IMG/VR virus record: IMGVR_UViG_3300023108_002122
Length of the DNA: 64,000 nucleotides
Source of the DNA: an uncultured virus (IMG/VR IMGVR_UViG_3300023108_002122)
Lineage: Duplodnaviria; Heunggongvirae; Uroviricota; Caudoviricetes
Reading direction: 5' to 3' (one strand)
In this document: positions 9,067-18,184 of the stretch, in pieces
Position numbering within the stretch: the stretch's first letter is position 1
How the letters are laid out: each line of letters starts with the position of its first letter
Position numbers and translations under genes: made by a program
The notes under the pieces: generated by a model
What the model was told of the DNA's origin: nothing
Database searches by the model: none
The model's input: the letters and a program-made list of their open reading frames with translations, nothing else

Positions 9067-9945
9067 TTAGAATGCGACGTTCATCTCTACTTTATAAGCC
9101 AGATCTGAAGCTGATGAATCATCAGTTACTGAAGCAGAGAAAATACCTCTTTCTACTTTACCAACATAGATATCTGCATCATTTTTAGTAATATACTTAC
9201 CTGTTAATGTACCAACTTCTGCAACATCCATAGATGCAACTACACCATATAGATCTTTACCAGCAACTGCATCAGAGATATCACCTAGGATACCATCATC
9301 TTGAGTTACACCAGCAGCGTCTTGTACATCGATATTAACATATGTAACACCAAAACCAGCAACATCGCCACCTACTGAATAAGCAGTATTAGTTTTACCA
9401 GCAGAAGCTTCTTGAGTTTCTACGTTAACTGAAAGACCTTGAAACTCAGTACCTAGAGTAAGGAAACGAGTATCATTTGTTACGTTTTGTGCTTTAATAT
9501 CAACACCTGCAACATTAAAAGTAAGATCAGCAGTAGCATTACCGTCACCAGACTTTTGTGTTACTTTAACACCAGCTGGACCAACGTTAGTTGCAACTGA
9601 GAACTTCTGAGAAGCTGCAGATTTTTTCTGTAGAAGGCCATTACCCTTCATACCTTTTTTGTTACCAGCCATAAGATCTAAACCACCAAGTTTAGTATCA
9701 ATCCAAACTTGTGTAGCATTAACAGAATTATCTGAAGTGTCTGCGCCGATGTCTTCTAGCATCATAGTAACTGTAGACTCGCCAGACTTACCTTTAACTG
9801 TAAGATCTAAATCTTGAGCATAATTAGCTGGACCATTACCACCTGTAAAGGTACCTTCGTAATTACCAGTAATAGAAATATCAGCGATTGCTGATGTAGT
9901 TAAAAAAGAAGCAGCTACTGCTGCTGCAATAAAAGATTTTTTCAT
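9067..9945 (-). CDS. Outer-membrane porin-like beta-barrel protein
   Basis: Signal peptide ending AIA, amphipathic strands, C-terminal YKVEMNVAF (terminal Phe). Confidence 0.75.
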   Translation of the reverse strand: MKKSFIAAAVAASFLTTSAIADISITGNYEGTFTGGNGPANYAQDLDLTVKGKSGESTVTMMLEDIGADTSDNSVNATQVWIDTKLGGLDLMAGNKKGMKGNGLLQKKSAASQKFSVATNVGPAGVKVTQKSGDGNATADLTFNVAGVDIKAQNVTNDTRFLTLGTEFQGLSVNVETQEASAGKTNTAYSVGGDVAGFGVTYVNIDVQDAAGVTQDDGILGDISDAVAGKDLYGVVASMDVAEVGTLTGKYITKNDADIYVGKVERGIFSASVTDDSSASDLAYKVEMNVAF

Positions 9946-10003
9946 TATAATCTCCTTTTATAAAATATATACACTTAAGGTGTGTAATTAACCTTCAAGA
10001 GAA

Positions 10004-10255
10004 TTAATAAACTCCAAGAATAAATTCGTCGCTTACGAGAACACGATTAGTATCGATCCTTAAGCTTTTTTCCCAGATTAGTGCAACTTTATCGCCAACT
10101 TTAATTTCATATTTGTTGACATCTGGACCAACCGCGTCGACTCGACCTGGTCTAGCACCTACATCAACCGAAGAGCCAGTTAGTACAATACCACTGGCAG
10201 TTTTCGTTTCTGCTTCTTGCTGGGTAACTAAAACGTAATTTTTCAATGGATTCAT
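10004..10255 (-). CDS. groES: GroES-like co-chaperonin
   Basis: PLKNYVLV..ETKTASGIVL..GRVDAVGP..IKVGDKV..ILG. Confidence 0.85.
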   Translation of the reverse strand: MNPLKNYVLVTQQEAETKTASGIVLTGSSVDVGARPGRVDAVGPDVNKYEIKVGDKVALIWEKSLRIDTNRVLVSDEFILGVY

Positions 10256-10272
10256 AATTTCTCCTTCAATAT

Positions 10273-10488
10273 TTAATCAAATGACGCGCAGTCAGCGATT
10301 AAATCTCCATCTTGATCAGTTGTAATAAATACATGATTTTCAATAACTTCATCGCCTATATTATAGTGAACTTCGTATTGAGCTTCATCTGAAGCATTAA
10401 TTTGTACAAATGATGAATCATCAACAACGATACTATAACCGGCTTCTACAATCAATGCATTTATTTCATCAGTAGTTAAATTTTCCAA
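10273..10488 (-). CDS. Acidic hypothetical protein
   Basis: TTG start with GGAG RBS; late promoter at 10504-10511. Confidence 0.5.
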   Translation of the reverse strand: MENLTTDEINALIVEAGYSIVVDDSSFVQINASDEAQYEVHYNIGDEVIENHVFITTDQDGDLIADCASFD

Positions 10489-10711
10489 TTTAATTCTCCG
10501 TATTATTTATAACAAAAAGTGTTACACTTATAAAACAAAGTGTAACATTGTTAACACAATATTACTTTTTAATAATATTGATTTATATATAAAAGTTTTT
10601 TTATTCTAATGTAAATAAAATTATAAGTCCAACCGCGGCTGCTATACCTGCTGCAACTGCAGTGAAAACTTCTTTCACTGTTAAATGTTTATTCATTATA
10701 TTTTCCTTTAT

Positions 10712-11134
10712 TTATAAAGTTACTTCAAGAGCTTTAAAAGCTTCTAATGTTAATTCCTCTTCTAATTCATACGCTTCCACTTCCCAAGGAGCATCATGGT
10801 AATTAATATCTTCATGAACTAATGTACCTTTCCAACGATGTACACCGCCAATAATTTCTTTTAATTCACCACGTGCATATTGTTTTACATGAATCATTTC
10901 GTGTACAACAGTACCAATTAATTCATACAAAGACATACCTTTACAAATTTCCATTTCAAATTCGCGATTTGTATCACCCATGAGGCAGTATCCATAAGCA
11001 TCACTATTTTTAATAGTGACATCGATTTCGATATTACGGATACGCGGCATGAGTTTATGGAGACACCATTCGACGGTAGATGTTACGATTTCACGTTCTT
11101 TAGATTTTCCACCGACTACATTAATATATTTCAT
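10712..11134 (-). CDS. Zincin-like metallopeptidase (HExxH)
   Basis: VVHEMIHVKQY..PWEVEAY. Confidence 0.7.
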   Translation of the reverse strand: MKYINVVGGKSKEREIVTSTVEWCLHKLMPRIRNIEIDVTIKNSDAYGYCLMGDTNREFEMEICKGMSLYELIGTVVHEMIHVKQYARGELKEIIGGVHRWKGTLVHEDINYHDAPWEVEAYELEEELTLEAFKALEVTL

Positions 11135-11172
11135 TGTGTAATATTACCACTCTTTTTACCATTTATAGTAAT

Positions 11173-11242
11173 ATTATAACATGATTTTCAAAAAATGTCA
11201 ACCTTTTTTTGAAATAAAAAAGCCTTATAAATCAATAACTTG
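11173..11242 (-). promoter_or_regulatory. sigma70 early promoter with upstream IHF-consensus site
   Basis: TTGACA-N17-TATAAT (11201-11173); AATCAATAACTTG at 11230-11242 fits WATCAANNNNTTR. Confidence 0.7.
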
Positions 11243-11251
11243 GAAAAAATT

Positions 11252-11764
11252 TCAGTCTTTTTTAAGCTTTTTGCAGAGATTATCGTATTTTGCTTGGTCA
11301 ACAACACCTTCTGATAGCAATTTTTCACGATTTTTCATATGTTTGGCCTGTACATCGTCCTTAGAGCCACCAAAATAAGGAACACAATGTCCTTCCTTAA
11401 TCATGATTTCTGTGACTAATGTGGGGGTTGTCATGCCATTATAATCCATTGAAGTAATAGGATACTCAACATAAAAATCGCCAAGAATACGACCAAATTT
11501 ACCTTTCATATCTTCGCCATCTTTATCTTCAGTAGTAACTAATTGTCCACCATTTTTCAAAAGTTCTTTTAATCTATTTTTAGCAGCAATACCAAATAGT
11601 TTTTCTACTTTGTCGCTTGTGCGTGATTCTGGTGTGTCAATGCCCATAATTCTTACACGCTCATCGCGTAGCCAAACACCAAAACCAAGGTTGATGTTAA
11701 CATCGACTGTATCACCATCTACTACTTTAATTAGTTCTACGTCATATCTATTTTGCTGTGCCAT
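11252..11764 (-). CDS. Thermonuclease (SNase-fold) family nuclease
   Basis: KVVDGDTV..VRIMGIDTPE..GKFGRILG. Confidence 0.85.
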   Translation of the reverse strand: MAQQNRYDVELIKVVDGDTVDVNINLGFGVWLRDERVRIMGIDTPESRTSDKVEKLFGIAAKNRLKELLKNGGQLVTTEDKDGEDMKGKFGRILGDFYVEYPITSMDYNGMTTPTLVTEIMIKEGHCVPYFGGSKDDVQAKHMKNREKLLSEGVVDQAKYDNLCKKLKKD

Positions 11765-11775
11765 TTTTACTCCTA

Positions 11776-12498
11776 TTAAGTGTTAATTTTTCTCCACCAC
11801 CAACATAATCTGCTCATATCTTGAAAATGTCCGCCGGTCCAATTTTGCAAAAAAGTCTCGCCGACTTTTTCTAAATTATACGTAGCTTCCATATTATTAA
11901 TAAATTCTTCATTCCAGCCGTCATCTTGTATTCTAGCTTTTACAAAAATCCAATCACTTGACATTTTAACAACATATTTTAATTCTTCTTCAATCCAAGT
12001 TTGATCATCGCTATTTAAAGAACCAATACAAACAAAAACATCAGCCGCATTATCTCCATACATTTCATGCGCTTCTTGTGAAGAAATTACACGAGTATTA
12101 TCATCAGCAAACCAATTGATATATTTGTTATCATATGTAGTCCAAATTTTTTCATCATCTGTACCACCAGCATCTGAAAATGGTTTTCTTTCTGATGTTA
12201 AACTTTTTTGAAGCTTCTCATAAAACTCAAATTGATTTAGTATATCTGCTTCTAAATTGCCGCCCATAAACTCATCCCAGCTTCCATCACCACATAGACA
12301 ATCTGCTCTTCCGTGAGCTCTGTGTGGTAACCAATAATAGTTTCCAGATTGAATAATTCTTGTTGGGTTTTTCTCAAAAATTTCAGTTAATACTTTTCCT
12401 TCCCAATTAATTTTTTTAGCCCAGGAAAATGAATCATCTGAATCTGATATGCCAATCAGCTCTTTAATTTCATTATCAGTATAATTAAATTCTGCCAT
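11776..12498 (-). CDS. Hypothetical protein
   Basis: 240-aa ORF co-oriented in operon. Confidence 0.55.
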   Translation of the reverse strand: MAEFNYTDNEIKELIGISDSDDSFSWAKKINWEGKVLTEIFEKNPTRIIQSGNYYWLPHRAHGRADCLCGDGSWDEFMGGNLEADILNQFEFYEKLQKSLTSERKPFSDAGGTDDEKIWTTYDNKYINWFADDNTRVISSQEAHEMYGDNAADVFVCIGSLNSDDQTWIEEELKYVVKMSSDWIFVKARIQDDGWNEEFINNMEATYNLEKVGETFLQNWTGGHFQDMSRLCWWWRKINT

Positions 12499-12506
12499 TT
12501 TTCTTA

Positions 12507-12947
12507 TTAATCATTAAGTGGATTGTCTAAAGCTTTTTGAATTCGATCTTCTAGATCTGTTTTTGTCGTTTCTAGTTTATTTTCAAAACGATCTAATTTA
12601 GTATCATAATTTTCTAATTTTGCTGTTACTTTTGTATCAATGCGATACATATTTGTTTTAGCATCATTTAAGTTTGTTTCCATTGATGATAAAAGTTTTT
12701 GTTGATTGTCAATCTTTTGGTCAATTAATTCCATGCGCTGTTCAAATGCACCTACATCAAGATTAGCAACTTCCTCAATCTTTTGATACATTGTAAAACC
12801 TGCATATAACATACCAATAACAGAACCAAGACCAGCAATAGCCATACTTAATGTTGTAGGAGTCATCTTCAACCCCATTACATTAAATGATTTGTCTTTA
12901 AGTCCTTCTAATTTTTCTAGCTCTTCGCCTAAATCTTTATCTGCCAT
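12507..12947 (-). CDS. Single-TM coiled-coil protein
   Basis: One hydrophobic helix followed by a long heptad-like region. Confidence 0.6.
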   Translation of the reverse strand: MADKDLGEELEKLEGLKDKSFNVMGLKMTPTTLSMAIAGLGSVIGMLYAGFTMYQKIEEVANLDVGAFEQRMELIDQKIDNQQKLLSSMETNLNDAKTNMYRIDTKVTAKLENYDTKLDRFENKLETTKTDLEDRIQKALDNPLND

Positions 12948-12965
12948 GATTTACCTTTCTAGTTT

Positions 12966-13154
12966 TCAATATCTTTTAATTCTAGTACGTGGATATACAA
13001 TAGGATTTTGTTTATTATATTCCCTTTGCCTTTCCACTTCTTCTTTTGTAAATTTACTGATATAAGATTGAGCACATTGAGATGCAATAGAGTAGTTGGG
13101 CTCATATGAATCCCAACACCATTTTATTGCATCGTTAACGTTTGCAAAATCCAT
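12966..13154 (-). CDS. Small hypothetical protein
   Basis: 62 aa, abuts upstream stop. Confidence 0.45.
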   Translation of the reverse strand: MDFANVNDAIKWCWDSYEPNYSIASQCAQSYISKFTKEEVERQREYNKQNPIVYPRTRIKRY

Positions 13155-13613
13155 TTAACTCTTTCCTAGATAGAATGAACCAGCCGCAAGAATAGAAATC
13201 TTAAGCCACTCAAATGCAACTACCGCGTTCTCTAGTCTTACAAACTCTGTAACTGTTTGTGTATTATCAAATAAACCTAGTAAATTAAATCCTTTTGTAA
13301 CTTCTACAGGAACAACAATATCTAATCCTGTTAAACCAGCAGTCATTGCCCATGCACCCATTGCTAACATAGATAATACAAAGATACGTCTTGTCATTTT
13401 AGCGAATGGATCATTACCCACTCTTTTTGCAGCTGCGTTTGCTGAATCTGTTGCTGCCTGTTTTCTCTTAGCATCATTCTCTGTCTCGGCATTCATCTTA
13501 CCGATTAAAAGTTTTTGCTGTTCTGCTTTATTTTTTTGAGCTTGGTCCATGAACTTAAAAAGTCCACCCATTGCGGCGCCACCTGCCATTGTAATTAGTT
13601 CTACTGGAATCAT
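13155..13613 (-). CDS. Membrane protein (about 3 TM)
   Basis: Hydrophobic segments at N-terminus, centre and C-terminus. Confidence 0.6.
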   Translation of the reverse strand: MIPVELITMAGGAAMGGLFKFMDQAQKNKAEQQKLLIGKMNAETENDAKRKQAATDSANAAAKRVGNDPFAKMTRRIFVLSMLAMGAWAMTAGLTGLDIVVPVEVTKGFNLLGLFDNTQTVTEFVRLENAVVAFEWLKISILAAGSFYLGKS

Positions 13614-13990
13614 TTTTCTTTCCTCATTAATAATTTATATCTAATTGTATTTGCTAAATACAGCCCTCCAGAAAGTAAAAATATAATTAATAATGGCCAA
13701 GGTAACCTTAATGGTTGCTCTTCGACTTCTTCCACCTCACCAACAATTTCTTGTTGATTAACTTCTGGTTTTTTCTTCTCTACTTTTTGAACCACAACTT
13801 CTGATCCATTCCAATTGTGATTCGAATCATAATATTTTTCTTCTTCATAAACATCTTCTGTTATTGGTTTTGTTTCTTCTAATACAGTTTTAACAGTAGT
13901 TGCTTTACTAATAATATCTATAATAGGATATGTTTCTAAAGTAGAGCATCCTGTTAAAAATATCATTAAACATACTATAGCATATTTCAT
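13610..13990 (-). CDS. Lipoprotein with C-terminal TM anchor
   Basis: Lipobox LTGC; C-terminal PWPLLIIFLLSGGLYL. Confidence 0.6.
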   Translation of the reverse strand: MKYAIVCLMIFLTGCSTLETYPIIDIISKATTVKTVLEETKPITEDVYEEEKYYDSNHNWNGSEVVVQKVEKKKPEVNQQEIVGEVEEVEEQPLRLPWPLLIIFLLSGGLYLANTIRYKLLMRKEK

Positions 13991-14433
13991 TTTTTCTTGT
14001 CAGAATCGTTTTCAAATTTAAAACTTTTCAATTTATTAATTTCTTCTTGTAATTTAATTACCTCAAGTCTTTTCTTTCTTAACTCAAGTTCATATAATGA
14101 ATTACAATTAATTCTTTCTTTTGGCGCATCTAACGGAATAATTATTCTCGCATAAACACCTACGTCTTTAGTACTATCAACATTTGGATTACTCGATCCA
14201 AATGGAGAATCATAATTATCAATAATACCAGTAACACCAAATTCTAAATTAGTTGCTCCGCCAATAGCATTTTTACAATCAAGACCATCAGGAGATCTTA
14301 TACTATCTTGTCCATAAGTACTACCAGCATTTGGTAATTGTAAATTTAATGAACTAGCAGCTAAAACTCCGCCGCTAAATATCATTGATAAACAAAATAC
14401 AACAAATTTTTTCATTTCAATGTTCCTTCTCAT
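13987..14433 (-). CDS. Secreted protein, beta-hairpin plus coiled coil
   Basis: Signal peptide (likely start MKKFVVF at 14415); LEFGVTG/VGVYARIIIPL strands flanked by 2 Cys. Confidence 0.55.
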   Translation of the reverse strand: MRRNIEMKKFVVFCLSMIFSGGVLAASSLNLQLPNAGSTYGQDSIRSPDGLDCKNAIGGATNLEFGVTGIIDNYDSPFGSSNPNVDSTKDVGVYARIIIPLDAPKERINCNSLYELELRKKRLEVIKLQEEINKLKSFKFENDSDKKK

Positions 14434-14816
14434 TTTATTTTAGAACATATCCTAGATAAGATAGCGGTTCTGATTTCATCTTCTTTTTTTATTTTAGATT
14501 TAGAACAAATATATAATGCTCTATCTTTATCTTTTTCTCTTATGTAAATATCTAATCTAACTCTACTAAGATATTTTAATTCTATAATATTTTGTTTACT
14601 TATAGAATAAGAAGTTACAAACGGAACATTTTTCCAATCTTTATCAAATACTCCAACCTCATAATACTCTACATCTTTTCTTTTATTTAACATCTCCATT
14701 GTAGTTTTTAGTACTCCTTCAACATGAGATGGTTCTAATTTTGGGTATGTTGGCGTCATTTCATGAGCGCTCAATGTTAAAGGTAATAACGCCAACATCA
14801 TAATAAAATATTTCAT
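14430..14816 (-). CDS. Secreted protein, putative pilus chaperone-like Ig domain
   Basis: Signal peptide LSA-H; MTP..MEMLNKR..YYEVGVFD pattern reminiscent of PapD N-domain; two C-terminal Cys. Confidence 0.45.
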   Translation of the reverse strand: MKYFIMMLALLPLTLSAHEMTPTYPKLEPSHVEGVLKTTMEMLNKRKDVEYYEVGVFDKDWKNVPFVTSYSISKQNIIELKYLSRVRLDIYIREKDKDRALYICSKSKIKKEDEIRTAILSRICSKIK

Positions 14817-14833
14817 AATCTAATTTTTCCTCA

Positions 14834-15334
14834 TTATTGTGCTACGCAACTTGCTTCAACAAGTGCTGTGTAACTTCCACCTGGAAAAGCTTTTGAGCCT
14901 CCCATAACTGCTGTAGATGAAGTCTTAAACCAAGTACTTCCTGTTGCAGTTAAATCATACTTATCCGTCATATCAAATTCAATTTTATTTGTTTCATAAT
15001 CTGCCATATTTGTAGCGTCTGATACTGCAGATACTTCAGTATCGCCTGACCATGTTACCACGTCTGGTAAATTTGGTGCAGATGAAAAAGCACTTGGTGC
15101 AGTAAATTCTACATAATACGCATCAGCTAATGTAACGTCTACGCGTGTTACCGCTAGAACACCACCATCAGCTACTGCTGTTGTTAACGTATAAGCATTA
15201 GGGTTACCATACACACCAGCTGTGTCGGTAGAAATAATGCATCTTGACTGTACACTACCATTAATTGGAGTATCAGCCGCCGCACTAGTAATCATACCTA
15301 ATGTAGCAATTGTGATTAATGTTTTAATGAACAT
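14834..15334 (-). CDS. Secreted fimbrial/pilin-like subunit
   Basis: Signal peptide; INGSVQSRC at mature N-terminus; PGGSYTALVEASC final strand. Confidence 0.55.
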   Translation of the reverse strand: MFIKTLITIATLGMITSAAADTPINGSVQSRCIISTDTAGVYGNPNAYTLTTAVADGGVLAVTRVDVTLADAYYVEFTAPSAFSSAPNLPDVVTWSGDTEVSAVSDATNMADYETNKIEFDMTDKYDLTATGSTWFKTSSTAVMGGSKAFPGGSYTALVEASCVAQ

Positions 15335-15377
15335 ATGTTCTCTCCTAACTAGTTATTTTTTTCTTATCATATATTCA

Positions 15378-16262
15378 TCATCTATATTGCGCGTTGATCA
15401 TTTCTTCGTGCAATTTTTGAGTGGACCAATTCAAACGTCTTCCACTCTTATTATCTGGAAGTTGCCCTCCATCTAATTTTACAGTTTCTTTATATGAACC
15501 ACCAGGAATAGTACTATTGATATAACTAGTCATATTAACCTGATTATTCATTTGTTGTAGCATTAATCCTTGAGCTATTGACTCTGCAAATAAAGCGGAA
15601 TTATCTGCTTCTGCTAATGCTTTTTCTAATCTTTCTTTTCTATCTTTCTCTTCTTTTTCTTCTGCTTCTGCTAATTCTTCTTCAGACTTTTCTTCTTCTT
15701 CGTCATAATTTTCTTCTTTGTTATCTGTTTCTTCTTCCTCTACTTCAAACTGCTCATATAAAGAAGATACATCAATTTCTGGAGGTTTGGGTGGAATAAA
15801 TCCTGGACAATTAACATTTGCTTGTGGATTATAACAAGGATCTACTTTATATGTGTAAATCACTGTTGCATCTTCAACCGTACCATCACCAGTTGTATTT
15901 AAAAATCCATCTCCAAACTGAGAACGATGTACATAAGGTAGTGGAACATTCTTAATAATCGCAATTCCGCCTGGAGCTCCATCCCAATTATCTGTTTCTT
16001 TCCAAACATAACCAGACTTATCAGCATTCCAGTTACCAATGTCTACTTCAAAATTGGAATTGGTTTCTTTTATTGGAGTGTAAGTATAAAATACATTATT
16101 AATACTTGTTCCACTCGGATCAGGCAATACACTATCCATACTCCAAGGATTGCCATAATTCACAGCATTCCCCGTGAATCCGTAATAAGGCTTTATAGAT
16201 TCAGAATAAGAATAATAAGGCAGCAAGGCCACCAAGGCCGTAAGTAGCAGTTTCTTTAGCAT
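15378..16262 (-). CDS. Secreted protein with Glu-rich linker
   Basis: Signal peptide; beta-rich domain; DPC..CPG; acidic tract. Confidence 0.55.
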   Translation of the reverse strand: MLKKLLLTALVALLPYYSYSESIKPYYGFTGNAVNYGNPWSMDSVLPDPSGTSINNVFYTYTPIKETNSNFEVDIGNWNADKSGYVWKETDNWDGAPGGIAIIKNVPLPYVHRSQFGDGFLNTTGDGTVEDATVIYTYKVDPCYNPQANVNCPGFIPPKPPEIDVSSLYEQFEVEEEETDNKEENYDEEEEKSEEELAEAEEKEEKDRKERLEKALAEADNSALFAESIAQGLMLQQMNNQVNMTSYINSTIPGGSYKETVKLDGGQLPDNKSGRRLNWSTQKLHEEMINAQYR

Positions 16263-16752
16263 TTAATTTCCCGTCTGAAATATCTAACTCTTGTTGAGTT
16301 GTTTCTACATGTGTTTCCCAAGCTAATCTAGCTTCGTTACCAATCAATCCATTATACGGACAAGGAGTTCCGGCGTGCATCATAGCATCAAAGACTTTCT
16401 GGTCTTGACACATAATAGATACAGCAGCGACTTTCATACCCATATCATACATAGTTTTAGCATTTTTAAGTCTAATACAATTTTCTTCGGTAAATGTTGT
16501 ACCTGCTGAGATACCAAGAATTTGAGTTTGAACTGCACCTGCTACACCAATAGTACATAGGTCACTATTATTACCTGCACTAAATTGCGGTGAGATCGCA
16601 GATGGCGGTGGTTGCTTGATGGTTGTATTCATCGAGCCATTAGTCGTCACAGTGCTATCTGTGGTCGAAATTGTTTCGATCGGTTCTGCATTCACTGTGT
16701 TAATAAATAAAGACATAGCAAAACCAATCAATAATGCATAAAATTTATTCAT
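16201..16752 (-). CDS. Secreted Cys-containing protein with C-terminal hydrophobic tail
   Basis: Signal peptide, PPPSAISP, 4 Cys, GLGGLAALLFLF terminus. Confidence 0.55.
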   Translation of the reverse strand: MNKFYALLIGFAMSLFINTVNAEPIETISTTDSTVTTNGSMNTTIKQPPPSAISPQFSAGNNSDLCTIGVAGAVQTQILGISAGTTFTEENCIRLKNAKTMYDMGMKVAAVSIMCQDQKVFDAMMHAGTPCPYNGLIGNEARLAWETHVETTQQELDISDGKLNAKETATYGLGGLAALLFLF

Positions 16753-16806
16753 TATAATATTCCTTTAAATTGGTTTTTGAAAATAAGCTTAGCTTACTCT
16801 ATTGAT

Positions 16807-16843
16807 TATTTATATATAATAAGTAATCAAATTATTATAAATA
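16807..16843. promoter_or_regulatory. Divergent late promoters
   Basis: TATTTATA 16807-16814 (minus) and TATAAATA 16836-16843 (plus). Confidence 0.65.
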
Positions 16844-16872
16844 AAACAGATAGTATGAAAGAGGTATAAAAT

Positions 16873-17604
16873 ATGATTGAAAACTGTTCAAAAATGGCAA
16901 AAGCAGCACAAACTGCTTATTTGGATGGCAAACCGGCCAAGCCCGAATATAAAAAACTAGGGTATACAACACACAAATTTATTGATATTGATGGTGCTCA
17001 GTGTCATATTGTATCAAATAAAGATGAAGTTGTTTTATGTTTTAGAGGTACAGAACCTACAGAATTTTCTGATATTACAGCAGATTTAAATGCTTTTCCT
17101 GATAAAGCAAATAACGGACATGGATTAGTTCATAATGGATTTCAGGAAGAAGTTAATAAAGTATGGGATACTATTACAGCTTCATTAAATAAAATGAAAC
17201 TTGATGGTAAAAATTTATTCGTTTGTGGACATTCACTTGGTGGTGCAATGGCTACAATCGCAACAAGTCGACTCGGTGATAAAGTTAATGCTTTATATAC
17301 ATATGGGTCGCCGAGAGTAGGAACAAGATCATTTGTTAAATCATTTGCTCAAATTCCTCACTATCGACACGTAAATAATAATGATATGGTTACTAAAGTA
17401 CCTTTTGCTTTAATGGGATATAAACATCACAGCAAAGCAAGATACATTAATTATTACGGTAATATTAGATCTCTTACACCTTGGCAAAGAATCAAGGATC
17501 AATGGAGAGGTCGTTGGGCAGCTCTTAAAAAAGGTTGTCCTTTTGATGGTGCATATGATCATAGTATGAAATATTATGTACAATACACCGAAGCGAATCA
17601 ATGA
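16873..17604 (+). CDS. Lipase class 3 (alpha/beta hydrolase)
   Basis: FRGT, VHNGF, GHSLGGA nucleophile elbow, YTYGSPRVG, NDMVTKVP, DHSM. Confidence 0.9.
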   Translation: MIENCSKMAKAAQTAYLDGKPAKPEYKKLGYTTHKFIDIDGAQCHIVSNKDEVVLCFRGTEPTEFSDITADLNAFPDKANNGHGLVHNGFQEEVNKVWDTITASLNKMKLDGKNLFVCGHSLGGAMATIATSRLGDKVNALYTYGSPRVGTRSFVKSFAQIPHYRHVNNNDMVTKVPFALMGYKHHSKARYINYYGNIRSLTPWQRIKDQWRGRWAALKKGCPFDGAYDHSMKYYVQYTEANQ

Positions 17605-17915
17605 GTGATATGATTGATCGCATGTTAGGCGACACATTGTGGATTTATACTGCAATTGCTGGCGCTTTACTAGGTGCGGCATTCTTAGCATGGTTTAAAG
17701 AAACGCATGCAGGAATATGGTTAAACGGCAAGTTTGATAGTTTTTTAGATTATCTTGCCATTCGCTGGGGTTGGACTTGGTTACAAGAACCAGAAGATGC
17801 CTGGCGTAAAAAGTATCCGAAGATTACTAAAAAAATTGATGAGATTGAGTTACGTCTTAAAAATGTTGAAGGTAAAGCGGGTACTAAAATAATAAGACAA
17901 AAGAAGGAGAAATAA
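17601..17915 (+). CDS. Single-TM membrane protein
   Basis: N-terminal hydrophobic helix; ATGA overlap with lipase. Confidence 0.6.
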   Translation: MSDMIDRMLGDTLWIYTAIAGALLGAAFLAWFKETHAGIWLNGKFDSFLDYLAIRWGWTWLQEPEDAWRKKYPKITKKIDEIELRLKNVEGKAGTKIIRQKKEK

Positions 17916-17916
17916 T

Positions 17917-18135
17917 ATGTTAAAACAAGTAGTAGGTTGGATTAATGAGGCTACATCAGCAGGTGTTGCTTTAATCGCACTAGCAATCGTTTTACAGGTT
18001 ATCTTTGGTGGTACTGTTCCATTCATCGGTGGCGACGTAATCGGAACAATCACTGGTATTGTTGCACAACTTGGTTCACAAGGACTAGTTGGTTTAGTAG
18101 CAGCAGCTGTATTGTATAAGATCTTTGCTAAATAA
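17917..18135 (+). CDS. Small hydrophobic membrane protein
   Basis: 72 aa, Gly/Ala/Val/Ile-rich; AAGGAG RBS. Confidence 0.65.
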   Translation: MLKQVVGWINEATSAGVALIALAIVLQVIFGGTVPFIGGDVIGTITGIVAQLGSQGLVGLVAAAVLYKIFAK

Positions 18136-18150
18136 GACTAAGGTCTTAAT

Positions 18151-18184
18151 AAAAAAAGAGGGAGCTTAATTGCTCCCTTTTTTT
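18151..18184. terminator. Bidirectional intrinsic terminator
   Basis: GGGAGC-TTAATT-GCTCCC flanked by A and T tracts between convergent genes. Confidence 0.75.

Noticed and set aside
11776..12498. Methyltransferase call
   Set aside because: Only a faint DVFVCIGS resemblance and no clear motif I
15620..15745. TTC-rich simple repeat
   Set aside because: Explained by the Glu/Lys-rich coding tract of 15378..16262
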